In this document: positions 1-11,251 of the stretch, piece after piece | Numbering within the stretch: the stretch's first letter is position 1 | Layout: the number at the start of each line of letters is the position of its first letter | Assembly (NCBI GenBank): GCA_038143065.1 | Contig: JAYQLI010000035.1 | Location: forward strand, 1,856,894 to 1,920,893 | Length of the DNA stretch: 64,000 bases | Reading direction: 5' to 3' | Source: Rhodospirillales bacterium | GTDB lineage: Bacteria > Pseudomonadota > Alphaproteobacteria > Bin95 | Notes under the pieces: generated by a model | Told to the model about the DNA's origin: nothing | Database searches by the model: none | What the model saw: the letters and a program-made list of their open reading frames with translations, nothing else | Made by a program: the position numbers and the translations under genes

Positions 1-221
1 GCAACAGGCGTTGGCCTTCCTGCATTACGCAGTTAATAGAATACGCCTAGTCCTCTACCGCAAAAATCTGCAGAGCTATTCCTTTTTGGTCGACTAGGTT
101 TTCGGATACTTCAAAGAAATTGTGCAGCCTTAGGTGAATTTAACTCACCTGGATTGGCGTTCTCGCTTCTTAGTCATACCATAGGGATAGTTGAACCATA
201 TTGGCCGAGGAGCCACTTGCG

Positions 222-1770
222 ATGTCCTGGCAGACTGAACTTGATGAATTAAAACGTCGTGAAGCCTTTGCAGAAATGATGGGTGGGGCCGACAAAATTA
301 AGCGGCAAAAAGATGGTGGGCGACTGACAGTCAGAGAGCGAGATCGACGGAATGCTTGACCCCGGAAGCTTTAACGAACTGGGAAAAGTTGCTGGTATGG
401 CACAGTACGATGGGAAGAATGATCTAGAACACCTTACCCCCTCAAATTTTGTGTTTGGTCGTGGCCAGGTGAATGGTCGCCAAGTTGTTATTGGTGGTGA
501 TGATTTTACTGTTCGCGGTGGCTCTGCAGATGCAACAATTAAAGAGAAGCACATAAAGTGCGAACAAATGGCCAATGAGCTTCGGTTACCTCTAATCCGT
601 ATTATCGAAGGTTCAGGAGGAGGCGGCTCTGTAAAAACAATTGAGACAACTGGTCGAGCAAATGTGCCCGGCGTTTCTGGCTGGGAGTGGGTAGTACGTA
701 ATATGGGAACGGTCCCACGGGTTTCGCTTGGCTTAGGCTCAGTTGCTGGGCTTGGGGCGGCACACCAAGCAGCCGCTCACTACTCTGTCATGGTTAAAGA
801 TATTTCAGCTCTCTTTGTTGCGGGTCCCCCGGTAGTAAAGCGGTTGGGCCAGGACTTGGATAAGCAACAGCTGGGAGGTTGGAAGATCCAACTACGTGCT
901 GGTGCGGTAGATGAGGCAGTAGATTCTGAGGAAGAAGCATTCGAGATGGCTCGACGGTTCCTTTCTTATTTACCTCAAAATGTTTACGAGCTTCCTGAGA
1001 GAATCGAGACTTCTGACAAAGAAGAGCGAAATGACCCGTCGCTCATGGAAGCGATTCCAAGAGACATCCGTAAAGTCTATAAAATGCGTCCCATAGTTGA
1101 GTCGGTAGTTGACCAGGGATCATTTTTTGAGATGGGCAAAATGTACGGTCGCTCCATAATAACTGGCTTTGCACGGGTTGATGGATGGCCAGTGGCAGTA
1201 ATGGCAAGCGATCCATATCATTTTGGGGGAGGCTGGACTGCAGATGCCTGCCGAAAGGTGGAGCGCTTTGTGGATATGGCTCAAACCTTTCACTTGCCAA
1301 TGATATATTTGGTGGATTGTCCAGGCTTCCTTATTGGACTAGAGAGTGAAAAATCCGGAACCATCAAAGAGGGTACACGCGCTATGGCTGCCATTTGGCA
1401 GACTACAATCCCATGGTGCTCAATAATAGTTAGAAACTGCTTCGGGGTTGCTGGGGCAGCACATCAAAATGGCTCACGTTTTAATATGCGTTATGCTTGG
1501 CCTTCAGGGCGCTGGGGTTCATTACCGCTAGAAGGTGGAATCGAAGCCGCTTATCGCGCAGATATTGCGGAAGCAGACGACCCCACAGCCAAGCTTGCCG
1601 AGATTGAAGAAAGATTGGAGAAGTTACGTTCGCCTTTTCGTTCAGCGGAAACCTTTTGGATTGAAGAAATCATTGACCCCCGCGAAACACGAAAATACCT
1701 CGTTGATTTTGCTAATACGGCAGCACCGCTTAGAGAAGTTGGCCCTTATCTTCACGGCATACGAGGATAA
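222..1770 (+). CDS. Acyl-CoA carboxylase beta subunit / carboxyltransferase (Carboxyl_trans), copy 1; one frameshift near 341
   Basis: ATG at 222 after GAGGAG gives MSWQTELDELKRREAFAEMMGG..GRLTVRER; an extra base near 341 shifts into ORF 352..1770 (DDFTVRGGS, FVAGPPVV, VDCPGFLIG, EEIIDPRETR). Confidence 0.88.
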
Positions 1771-1775
1771 CTATC

Positions 1776-2947
1776 ATGATAACAGGCGAAGTTACGTTTA
1801 CACGACTGGAACGGGTGACGTATGGGATACCAATCGGCAAAGCAGTGGCCGATGCAGTAGAGAGAGCAGGTGCATCCCGTGTTTTTATCATGGCAAGTCG
1901 CACACTGATTGTGCGTAACCAGGAAATACAAGAGGTAATTGAAGGGCTGAATGGTAAAGTTTGCGGTGTTTACTCAGGCATGCCGCCCCACACTCCCCGA
2001 GACGCTGTTTTGGAAGCAGTAGAAAGCGCACGCAAAGGCCGAGCTGAGATGATTGTCACAATAGGGGTGGCTCTATAACCGATGCTGCAAAGGCTGTTTG
2101 TCTTGCTATGGAACATGATTTGAAAAATATTCAAGACTTTGATCCGTTCATTGTACAAACAGCCCCCGATGGATCCACCATAACTCCTGAATATCGCGCA
2201 CCAACTATGCCTCTTTTATGTTGTCCGACAACATTATCTGCAGGCGAATATAACCCACTTGCTGGTGTGTCTGATCCGAGAAAAGGAGTGAAGCAGGCTA
2301 TTCGTTCACCAGGGATGGCGCCAAGCGAAGTAATACTAGATCCTGCCTTAACACTTCCAACTCCTGAATGGTTATGGCTTTCTACCGGCGTTAGAGCTGT
2401 GGACCACTGCGTTGAAGCTATCTGCTCACCTAGTGCAAATGCCTACTGTGACGCCCAATCACTCCACGGTCTGAAATTGTTGACTAAAGGTCTTACCGCC
2501 ACCAAAGCAGACCCCACTGACCTTCAGGCAAGAAGTGACTGTCAACTTGGTGCATGGCTCTCGATGTCAAGCGTCCAAGCTGGCGTCCCCAAAGGAGCAA
2601 GTCATGCTATTGGTCATATTCTTGGTGGTAGTTTTGGGGTCTCGCATGGACACACTTCATGTGTGATGTTACCTCACGTAATGCGCTGGAACCTCTCAAA
2701 AGAGACGGAAAAACGTCAGCGCTTTGTTGCCGCAGCGATGGGAAATGAAAATCGTTCCGCAGGTGACATATTGCAGGAATTTATCCAGAGCCTCGGTATG
2801 CCATCAAGTCTAAAGGAGGTTGGTGTAACTGAGGCAGATTTTGAGCGATGCGCTAAGCTTTCGATGCATGATCGCTGGATTCACACAAATCCAAAGCCCA
2901 TAAAAGGGCCAGAAGATGTGCTAGAAATTCTGAAACTTGCCTCATGA
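1776..2947 (+). CDS. Iron-containing alcohol dehydrogenase family (maleylacetate reductase-like); frameshift near 2064
   Basis: ORFs 1776..2078 and 2108..2947 join by adding one G to GGGG at 2064-2067, restoring IGGGSITDAAKA; PTTLSAGE and DH..H..H (ASHAIGH, SHG) metal ligands present. Confidence 0.85.
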
Positions 2948-3017
2948 CAACTTGCCCTCTGAGGATGTGACAGCTAGCTTCAAGTAATCCACGGCCGCTA
3001 AAGACGGACAAAATGTT

Positions 3018-3317
3018 ATGGATGCAATATTGATTGCGCTTTTCCAGGTTATCGATCTAGTCTTAGGACTAGTTGTCTGGGCATTAATTCTCTCCGCTAT
3101 ACTAAGTTGGCTGGTCGCTTTTAACGTTGTTAATGTGCGCAACCAGTTTATCTCAACAGTTGGAAATTTTCTGTACCGAGTAACAGAGCCTATGTTGCGC
3201 CCCATCCGCCGCTATGTTCCCGATTTTGGTGGTGTAGATGTATCCCCAGTCATCTTGATTTTGGTGATTTACTTCATCCGTAGTGTTCTCAGGCAGTGGG
3301 CTGTGTCAGGGTTTTGA
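3018..3317 (+). CDS. yggT: YggT family membrane protein
   Basis: [24 protein letters not shown] signature; conserved yggT-yggU-folD order. Confidence 0.9.
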   Translation: MDAILIALFQVIDLVLGLVVWALILSAILSWLVAFNVVNVRNQFISTVGNFLYRVTEPMLRPIRRYVPDFGGVDVSPVILILVIYFIRSVLRQWAVSGF

Positions 3318-3628
3318 TTGTCCGTGAAGAGGGCAAACACAGCATAATTCTTGAACTTCGGGTTCAACCTGGCGCATCAAAAACTAAAACAAAAGGTTTT
3401 GAGACTGACGGTAAGGGTGTTGAGCGCCTAAAACTCTACGTTAGTACTCGCCCCGTGGATGGCGCCGCAAATATAGCCGTAATTGAGTGGGTGGCTAACT
3501 TTTTTGGGATCCCCAAGCGCGATGTCGCATTGACCCGGGGCCAGAAGTCTCGTTCAAAGTCAATCAGGATTAATGGCTCAGCGGCGGATTTAATAGCTCG
3601 AGCGCAAAGTCTTATTGGAGACAAATGA
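3314..3628 (+). CDS. DUF167 (YggU) family protein
   Basis: [23 protein letters not shown] motifs; TTG start overlaps the yggT stop (TTGA). Confidence 0.85.
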   Translation: MIVREEGKHSIILELRVQPGASKTKTKGFETDGKGVERLKLYVSTRPVDGAANIAVIEWVANFFGIPKRDVALTRGQKSRSKSIRINGSAADLIARAQSLIGDK

Positions 3629-4497
3629 TGACCCGTTTGATTGACGGCAAAGCAATGGCAGCAAACCTCCGAGCTGGCGCAGCCCAAGCTGTATCTACAC
3701 TCGACTTCAAACCTGGCTTAGCAGTAGTGCTCGTTGGAGAAGATCCAGCAAGCTCGGTTTATGTTCGAAACAAGGGGAAAGCCACTGTAGAAGCGGGACT
3801 AAATTCCTTCGAACATAAACTATCTGAAGATGTAAGCGAGGGAGCACTACTCTCGCTCATCGATAAGCTGAACAAAGACAACTCCGTCGACGGCATCCTA
3901 GTCCAACTTCCCTTACCTGCGCATATTGATGCCGAACGCATTCTGAACGCTATTGATCCAGATAAAGACGTTGATGGTTTTCATCCTACCAATGTGGGGC
4001 GGCTTTGGTCAGGTATAGCAGCACTTGCCCCCTGCACTCCCACGGGATGCATGCGGATGATACATGAGGTTGTACCAAAAATTAGTGGCAAGGAAGCAGT
4101 CATAGTGGGCCGCTCAAATATTGTCGGCAAACCAATGGCGGCGATGCTTCTAGCTCAAAGCGCAACTGTTTCAATCGCTCACTCACAAACTGTAGATTTA
4201 AAAGAACGATGTCAGACTGCAGATATTTTGATTGCTGCTGTTGGTCGTCCAGAGATGATCCGCGGGGATTGGATCAAACCTGGTGCTGTTGTTATTGACG
4301 TCGGTATTAATAGAGTAATTCAGGGTGATGGAAAAAATCGTTTGGTTGGTGATGTGGCGGTTGAAGAAGCTGCAGAGCGCGCTCGGGCCATCACCCCTGT
4401 CCCCGGAGGCGTTGGCCCAATGACAATTGCGTGTCTTATAGAAAATGCCGTTCGGGCTTCCTGTATGCGACGAAGTAGACCAATTCCGGAGATGTAA
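3625..4497 (+). CDS. folD: Bifunctional methylenetetrahydrofolate dehydrogenase/cyclohydrolase
   Basis: [46 protein letters not shown]. Confidence 0.97.
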   Translation: MMTRLIDGKAMAANLRAGAAQAVSTLDFKPGLAVVLVGEDPASSVYVRNKGKATVEAGLNSFEHKLSEDVSEGALLSLIDKLNKDNSVDGILVQLPLPAHIDAERILNAIDPDKDVDGFHPTNVGRLWSGIAALAPCTPTGCMRMIHEVVPKISGKEAVIVGRSNIVGKPMAAMLLAQSATVSIAHSQTVDLKERCQTADILIAAVGRPEMIRGDWIKPGAVVIDVGINRVIQGDGKNRLVGDVAVEEAAERARAITPVPGGVGPMTIACLIENAVRASCMRRSRPIPEM

Positions 4498-5229
4498 ATG
4501 GAAGCTGCCGTTCTTGTTGAAACTCGTGATGAGGCAACGTTCATCACCCTCAATCGACCAGAAAAAGCAAATGCTCTTTCTGGAGAGATGGCAGATGGAA
4601 TTAAATTAGCCATCAATGATGCTTCAGAAGCGGGATCACGTGCTGTTATTATTCATGGGATTGGACGGCACTTCTGCGCCGGCTTTGATTTTGGAGACTT
4701 TGACCGTCTTACTGACGGGGACCTTGCACTCAGGTTCATACAGGTGGAAGAAATGTTGCAAACGGTGTTCCACGCACCAATGCCCGTATTAGCTTTAGTG
4801 AAGGGTCAGGCAGTAGGGGCAGGAGCAGACCTTGCAGCAGCAGCCATGCGGGTCGTAGCAGCTCCGGGCACGCGTTTTCAAATGCCCGGACCTCGCTTTG
4901 GTGTAGTACTAGGGACACGTCGCCTAGCGTATAGAATTGGAAACGTGAGTACTCGACAGATACAAATTGAAAATAGAGCCATTGAAACCCAAGAAGCAGA
5001 AAAACTGGGCTTGGTGGATGCCATTGCAGACCCAGAAAGTTGGGATGCGGTTATCGATAACTTTATCGTGGAATACACCCACCTATCGGCCACCGTTACA
5101 GCAGCCCTTTCAGATGTAACTCGTCCTGATACCCGAGATGCCGACATGGCTGCCTTAGCTCGATCAGTGAGTATTCCTGGGATTAAGGAACGTATTTCTA
5201 CATTCCGGAAATCAATGACAAGAAGCTAG
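4498..5229 (+). CDS. Enoyl-CoA hydratase/isomerase (crotonase) family protein
   Basis: LNRPEKANAL, HFCAGFD, AVGAGADL; starts directly after the folD stop (TAAATG). Confidence 0.85.
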   Translation: MEAAVLVETRDEATFITLNRPEKANALSGEMADGIKLAINDASEAGSRAVIIHGIGRHFCAGFDFGDFDRLTDGDLALRFIQVEEMLQTVFHAPMPVLALVKGQAVGAGADLAAAAMRVVAAPGTRFQMPGPRFGVVLGTRRLAYRIGNVSTRQIQIENRAIETQEAEKLGLVDAIADPESWDAVIDNFIVEYTHLSATVTAALSDVTRPDTRDADMAALARSVSIPGIKERISTFRKSMTRS

Positions 5230-5261
5230 ACTAATAATTATAGGATTTTTTGTCCTGTTTA

Positions 5262-6596
5262 TTAGTTAGGTATCCCAGCTATTGCACTTGGAATAGAATC
5301 GGTAACCGCAGAAACTATCGCATCAATATCACTTGCGGATGTGTTGAAAGGAGGGGCAAGTACGATGTGATCACCTAAAATGCCATCAATAGTTCCTGGC
5401 ATTGGGTATACTATCACACCTCTTTCTTTGGCTTCTTGCTTTACTCGCTGATTTAGTTTCCAGGAGGGCTCGAACGGGGCCTTGGTTTCTCTATTCTTTA
5501 CGAACTCCAGGCCAATCAGCAGACCTCTGCCACGAATATCGCCAACATTGGGATGCTGGCCGAGCCCCTGCTTCAAGCCATCCATCAAGCGTGCTCCATT
5601 AACGGCTACGGCCGTTAAGAGATTTTCATCCTTTATAACCTTTTGAACTGCGAGCGCTGCTGAGCAGGCTAAGGGATGACCAAGATAAGTGTGCCCGTGC
5701 ATAAAGCTACCAGTTCCATTCCTTATCGCTGTGGCAATCTGGTTAGAAAGCAACATTGCCCCTATGGGCTGGTAGCCGCCACCAAGTCCTTTTGCAATTG
5801 TAATAATGTCTGCCACAACCTTCTCAGATTCCATAACAAACATATCGCCTGTGCGTCCGCCGCCGCACATAATTTCATCGGCAATTAATAAAACACCGTA
5901 TTTATCGCAAATATCACGGATACGGCGGAAATACCCTGGAACAGGCTCAACAGCTCCTAAAGTTGCTCCAACTATCGGCTCAGCAATAAAACCCGCAACT
6001 GTTTCAGGTCCCAAGTCAAGTATTTCAGTCTCTAATTCATTAGCCACGCGAAGGCCATAAGCCTCGATGCTTTCATCTTTGAACTTTTCTCTGTACGCAT
6101 AACAAGGACTTATATGGCTGGCAGACATTAACAGAGGTTGATAAGAATTCCGCCTCATTGCATTACCACTGACAGCTAGAGCACCCAACGTATTACCGTG
6201 GTAGCTTTGCCTTCTTGAAATAAAGTGCCTGCGTTCTGGCTGACCTATCTCTAAAAAATACTGGCGAGTAAGCTTTAAAGCCGATTCGACTGCCTCTGAC
6301 CCACTCGATACGAAAAACGCATGGGAAATATTTTCTGGTGCCGATGATACTAGAATCTCAGCCAGCTCTTCTTGGGACTCATGAGTAAAAGACCCAGTAT
6401 GAACGTATTGTAAATTACCCATAGCTTCTTGGAGGGCTTCAAGAACACGGGGATGCCCATGCCCAAGACAAGAAACAGCTGCACCACCAGAAGCATCAAT
6501 ATAAGATTTTCCTGAGCGGTCGAATATTCGGCAACCTTCAGCTCGCACAGCTAACGGTGGTGGTTCAGCTATATTTCTGTGTAGCACTTTGCTCAT
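5262..6596 (-). CDS. Class III PLP aminotransferase (omega-amino acid/BioA-like family)
   Basis: DASGGAAVSCLGH, SGSEAVE, SYHGNT, LIADEIMCG, IAKGLGGG, HGHTY; start taken at MSKVLHR. Confidence 0.9.
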   Translation of the reverse strand: MSKVLHRNIAEPPPLAVRAEGCRIFDRSGKSYIDASGGAAVSCLGHGHPRVLEALQEAMGNLQYVHTGSFTHESQEELAEILVSSAPENISHAFFVSSGSEAVESALKLTRQYFLEIGQPERRHFISRRQSYHGNTLGALAVSGNAMRRNSYQPLLMSASHISPCYAYREKFKDESIEAYGLRVANELETEILDLGPETVAGFIAEPIVGATLGAVEPVPGYFRRIRDICDKYGVLLIADEIMCGGGRTGDMFVMESEKVVADIITIAKGLGGGYQPIGAMLLSNQIATAIRNGTGSFMHGHTYLGHPLACSAALAVQKVIKDENLLTAVAVNGARLMDGLKQGLGQHPNVGDIRGRGLLIGLEFVKNRETKAPFEPSWKLNQRVKQEAKERGVIVYPMPGTIDGILGDHIVLAPPFNTSASDIDAIVSAVTDSIPSAIAGIPN

Positions 6597-6665
6597 GGCA
6601 AAAGACCCCATTATGTCGTACGACCGCAAGCTTAGCGTGAATTAAACTTTTGATGGAGGGTTAAC

Positions 6666-7622
6666 TTGACTGTTGATTTACCGATCGAGATGGGAGCAAC
6701 ATTCGGCCTTCACACACGCATCCCAAACCCTGAATATGCGCAGGTTCTAGTAGATCTAGCTGAGAAAACCGATTTCTCAACGATTGCAGTTGGCGATCAT
6801 TTGGCCTTTGCACAAAGTATAGATGACCCACTACTCGGATTGGCTATGATAGCCACGTTGTCGAACAAGCTAACAATAGGTACTTCGGTATTCCTTCTTG
6901 GTTTAAGACACCCTGGATTAGTCGCAAAGCAAACAATTACCCTTTCACGTATGGCACCCGGTCGATTTGTTTTTGGTGTTGGAGTGGGCGGTGAATTCCC
7001 CGCCGAGTTTGAATTCGCCGGGGTTCCTTTGAACGAGCGTGGACCCCGTGTCGATGAAAGCATAAAAATTCTTAAAAAACTTTGGTCTGGTCAGCCAGTT
7101 GCCCACGAAGGACGTTTCTTCAGCTTCCCTAAAACCCAACTTAGCCCAAGTCCCGAACCCTTAGGCGGACCTCCAATTTGGGTGGGAGGCCGCTCCGAAG
7201 CAGCATTCAGACGTGCTGGAAGGCTTTGCGACGGCTATATTTCTTACGTGATTACACCCAACCAATACCGTCAGGCCCTAGAACTTATTGCCATTGAATA
7301 CGCAAAAGCGAAACGAAAGCTTAGTTCATATGGTGCAGCACACCTTCTCTTCATTCGTTTAGATCAGACCTATGATGAAGCTTTTAAAGTAGCAAATTCA
7401 CTTTTATCCCAACGCTATGCTATGGACTTTAGTCGTGCCACCAAACGCTACGTCGCTCTTGGTACAGCTGCCGACGTAGCTGAAAAGCTTTCAGAGTTTT
7501 ATTCAAACGGTGTTAGGCATTTTGAATTTGATTTTCTGGGCACCCCAGAGGAGCGTCTGCACCAAGCAAATCTATTTTCGGATGAAGTCAGGCCTTTGCT
7601 TGATTTCCCATGTAAAAGCTGA
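6666..7622 (+). CDS. LLM-class flavin/F420-dependent oxidoreductase
   Basis: VGDHL, GRFVFGVGVGGEFPAEF, PPIWVGGRSEAAFRRAG. Confidence 0.85.
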   Translation: MTVDLPIEMGATFGLHTRIPNPEYAQVLVDLAEKTDFSTIAVGDHLAFAQSIDDPLLGLAMIATLSNKLTIGTSVFLLGLRHPGLVAKQTITLSRMAPGRFVFGVGVGGEFPAEFEFAGVPLNERGPRVDESIKILKKLWSGQPVAHEGRFFSFPKTQLSPSPEPLGGPPIWVGGRSEAAFRRAGRLCDGYISYVITPNQYRQALELIAIEYAKAKRKLSSYGAAHLLFIRLDQTYDEAFKVANSLLSQRYAMDFSRATKRYVALGTAADVAEKLSEFYSNGVRHFEFDFLGTPEERLHQANLFSDEVRPLLDFPCKS

Positions 7623-7657
7623 ATGGGAAGACGAAATTAAGGAAAAATTGAAAATAC

Positions 7658-8107
7658 TTAAGATGATTTTTTAGTTAAAATCTTTTCAAAAATATCGAGG
7701 GTTTCGTTACTTACGTGGTGCTCAATGCCCTCTGCATCGATAGCTGCTGTATCAGGCGACACACCTATTGCTATTAGAAAGCCAAGGACAATTTCGTGCC
7801 TTTTCCTTGAGCGCACTGCTAGTGCAGCTCCTTTTTCTGTAAGGAAAATTGATCGATAAGGACGGGTCTGTACGAAGCCTTCCCGTGAGAGCCTTGCAAG
7901 GGTTTTATTCACCGTTGCATGGCTAACACCAAAGCGTTCGGCCAGATCAACAGCACGTGCCTCTCCTTCCTCAGCAAGGAGATCAGCTATAAGCTCGACA
8001 TAATCTTCAGCAACCTCAGTTTGTCGCGCTTGGCGCAAACGATCAAAGCCAGCGGCCTGACTACTTACATCTTGTAGACGGGTTTTAGAGGCAGGCTGGT
8101 CGGTCAT
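7658..8107 (-). CDS. mntR: Manganese-binding DtxR/MntR-family transcriptional regulator
   Basis: EVAEDYVELIADL, FGVSHATV, PYRSIFLT, RHEIV, DAEGIEHHVS; divergent from a metal ABC operon. Confidence 0.9.
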   Translation of the reverse strand: MTDQPASKTRLQDVSSQAAGFDRLRQARQTEVAEDYVELIADLLAEEGEARAVDLAERFGVSHATVNKTLARLSREGFVQTRPYRSIFLTEKGAALAVRSRKRHEIVLGFLIAIGVSPDTAAIDAEGIEHHVSNETLDIFEKILTKKSS

Positions 8108-8168
8108 GGTTTTCCCTTCGATAAGACACATCTAAACCTCAAAAGCCTGATTATCAAGCACAAGAACG

Positions 8169-8190
8169 ATTGTTAGCCTTAGCTAATATT
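8169..8190. promoter_or_regulatory. Putative MntR operator
   Basis: ATTGTTAGC-CTTA-GCTAATATT carries the TAGC-N4-GCTA palindromic core of the enterobacterial MntR box; lies between mntR and the ABC operon. Confidence 0.65.
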
Positions 8191-8281
8191 TTATATATAT
8201 ATATAATATTTATTATGAAGCAAAAACTTGAAACATTGGCCGAGAAAAATATACTAGGCTTAGTATTTTGGGATTCTTAGG

Positions 8282-9255
8282 ATGCAACCAGGCATCTTCT
8301 CTGTCTTAAGGTTGGCACGATTGTGCTTAATAGTTTTGCCGCCACTTCCCCAGTGTTCGCGGCAGAGCGACCCATTATTCTTACAACTATTGCGCAACTA
8401 GGAGAGCCACTCGGCCGTATTTTCTCGGGTTGTGCAAGGGTCGAAACACTCTTGGGAACGGGGATAGATCCACATTTATACAGGCTGAATAGAACAGATG
8501 TTGCCAAAGCCCTAAAAGCAGATGTGATAGTTGCTAACGGCCTAAATCTTGAAGCTCAAATGCTATCTCTGTTTGAGCGCTTATCTACCACAAGGCCGGT
8601 AATTTTTGCCGCGGAGCTTTTGCCGGAAATTCATATTATTCGGCCAGATGGTCGCTCCGCCGATCCGCACATTTGGATGGACCCTAATTTATGGGCCGCT
8701 GTTTTAGGAAAAACTTCCGATGAATTGGTTAAAATATGGCCAAGGTGCAAACCAACAGTCACGAACAATAAAGCTATTGTAATCGCTCAAATTGAAGCGG
8801 TGGATCAATACGGAAAGTCGCGTGTCGCCAGCATTCCTGAACAAGCTCGCATACTCATTACAGCGCATGACGCATTTGGTTATTTTGGGCGCAGGTATAA
8901 TCTAACTGTTTTAAGCGTTCAGGGACTCTCCACTGAGAGTGAAGCTGGAATAGCTCATATCCGTGATTTAGTTTCCGTCATAGCCGGCCGAAAAGTTGGG
9001 GCAGTGTTTGTAGAAACATCTGCACCAGAACGATCTGTTGACGCTGTTATAGAGGGAGCCCGTGCGTTAGGAGCTGCCGTAGAAAAAGGAAGCCCCTTGT
9101 TCTCTGATGCAATGGGCAGCTCTAACACCTATGAAGGCACTTATGTTGGGATGATAGATCATAACGTAACGACTATTGTGCGGGGCCTAGGTGGTGAAGC
9201 ACCAATTACTGGCATGCAGAAGCGTCTTGCTGTTCCTCCCAGGGGGGAGAGTTAA
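8282..9255 (+). CDS. Mn/Zn/Fe ABC transporter substrate-binding protein (TroA/MntA/SitA cluster A-I); frameshift in the signal peptide
   Basis: IDPHLY, ADPHIWMDP, TAHDAFGYF, LFSDAMG; adding one T to the run at 8334-8337 joins ATG 8282 and gives signal peptide MQPGIFSVLRLARLCLIVFAATSPVFA. Confidence 0.85.
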
Positions 9256-9259
9256 TAAA

Positions 9260-10059
9260 ATGAGCCCAGAAATCAGAGCCTTAATTCAAGGAGAAGAGCT
9301 TCATGCCCCTCTGGATAAGCAATCCCCTCTAGACATTTCAGGCCTTACAGTTGCCTATCGACGAACTCCTGCCGTCTGGAACGTAGACTTCAAAGCAGTA
9401 CCGGGCTCTTTAACGGCTATCTTAGGCCCAAACGGAGCCGGTAAATCAACGTTCTTGAAGGGAGCTCTTGGACTTGTACCTACCCTTCAGGGACGCATTG
9501 GTGCCTTTGGCTTGCCTATTAACAAAAACCGGCAACGGATCGCATATGTGCCTCAACGGGAAAGCGTTGATTGGGAATTTCCAGCTACGGCCCTCGATGT
9601 AGTCACCATGGGACTGTACCGAAGTATTGGCTGGTTTCGTCCAATTAGACGTCATCATAAAGAGGCAGCCCTTGAAGTATTGGCCCAACTGGGCATGGCC
9701 GACTTTGCCAATCGTCAAATTGGTCAACTCTCAGGCGGGCAACAACAACGTGTTTTCTCGCCCGCGCCCTCGCTCAAGACGCCGATTTATATTTAATGGA
9801 TGAGCCTTTAGCTGGAGTAGATGCGGCAACCGAGCGGACTATCGTCAACCTACTGCGCCACCTAGCATCCTCAGGAAAAACGGCATTAGTCGTTCATCAT
9901 GATTTGTCTACAGTGAAAGAATACTTTGACCAGGCACTGCTTTTAAATGTTCGCCACATTGCCTCTGGACCCGTTGATGAGGCCGTAACTGAAGATACAC
10001 TTCAACGCACCTATGGGGGGCGGTTAGCGGCACCGCAACTCCGAGCTGTGCTTAGCTGA
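9260..10059 (+). CDS. Metal ABC transporter ATP-binding protein; frameshift near 9753
   Basis: GPNGAGKST and [10 protein letters not shown] in ORF 9191..9796; one added T restores [18 protein letters not shown] into ORF 9796..10059. Confidence 0.88.
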
Positions 10060-10065
10060 ACTATT

Positions 10066-11251
10066 ATGCTTGAAAGTTTCATCGATGCGTTGTTGCTCGA
10101 GGGCGGGTATAACAGCGTTCTTGTAATGGTAGGACTCGGATTACTTGGAGCTGCGGCCGGCCCGATTGGGACTTTTATGATCATCAAGGGCCGACCATTA
10201 TTGGCTGATGCAGTGGCTCACGCGACGCTTCCAGGTATCGCTGCTGGCTTTTTACTTTCCTTTTTTTTTAACAGGGGATGGAAGGAACCCAATCTATCTT
10301 CTAGTTGGGGCAACTGTTACTGGGATCACTGCCGCTGGGGCCATGCATCTTCTGAAAGATGGTATTCGAATTGGCGAGGACGCAGCAACAGCAGCTACCC
10401 TGAGCGTTTCTTTTGGCGCTGGCGTGGTACTTCTGAGCTTTATCCAAAATTTACCTACAGCGGGACAGGCAGGATTAAATGCCTATCTCCTAGGCCAAGC
10501 AGCAACCATGACCCAAGGAGAGGCGTGGCTTGTTTTAGCTGTTGGGGCAACGGCATTACTGATCCTCTTCTTAGTATTCAAAGAATTAACCATTTCAGCA
10601 TTTGATCCTATTGGCGCTAAAGCACTCGGTTTACCTGTGCGTTTACTCGACCTGCTAACAACTACCCTCATGCTCCTAATAGTAGCATCAGGTCTCAGAG
10701 CTGTTGGCTTGGTTCTAATCTTAGCCCTTCTGGTTACACCTGCTGCTGCAGCACGGTTCTGGACAGATAATATTACGCGCATGACTGCTATCTCTGCTAT
10801 TCTTGGAGGTTTGGGAGCATATGTAGGTGGCGCTTTATCCACCGCCATTTCTGGCATGCCAACTGGCGCTCTAATAGTCGCGATAATGAGTTCTATTTTT
10901 GGTTTTAGTCTTCTCTTTGCACCCAAAGGAGGCGCCATCGCGGTTGCCATGCGCAGGCATCAACTTACCAAACACATTCAGCGCCTTCGTGTACTAGGCA
11001 GGATTGCCGATGGAGTAGCGCTAGCTGAGCTTATTAAAGTTGCACGCCATTATGGCTGGGCCGATGCCAACGGAAGGCCAACAATGTCTGGTGAAATAGC
11101 CGCCAAATCCTGGGCGAAGGAAGAAAAACTTCGATCATTATATCTTACTGACAGACCCGAGGAGGCAAATCGAATAACCTACAGTCTTATGCCACTTCAT
11201 CGTCTGATACCAAGAGATGTCCTAGCTGACCTGGAACGTCGATCCTCATGA
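10066..11251 (+). CDS. Metal ABC transporter permease (ABC-3 family) with C-terminal extension; frameshift in T9 run at 10261
   Basis: LADAVAHATLPG in ORF 10066..10605 continues in ORF 10208..11251 (LRAVGLVLILALLVTPAAAARFWT). Confidence 0.85.

Noticed and set aside
1-25. Possible minus-strand gene start (MQEGQRLL..) at the left edge
   Set aside because: Only 8 codons are visible, too few to support a call
8215-8280. In-frame ATG..TAG upstream of the metal-binding protein suggesting stop readthrough or a leader peptide
   Set aside because: A one-base T-run correction from ATG 8282 gives a normal signal peptide, so no readthrough is needed
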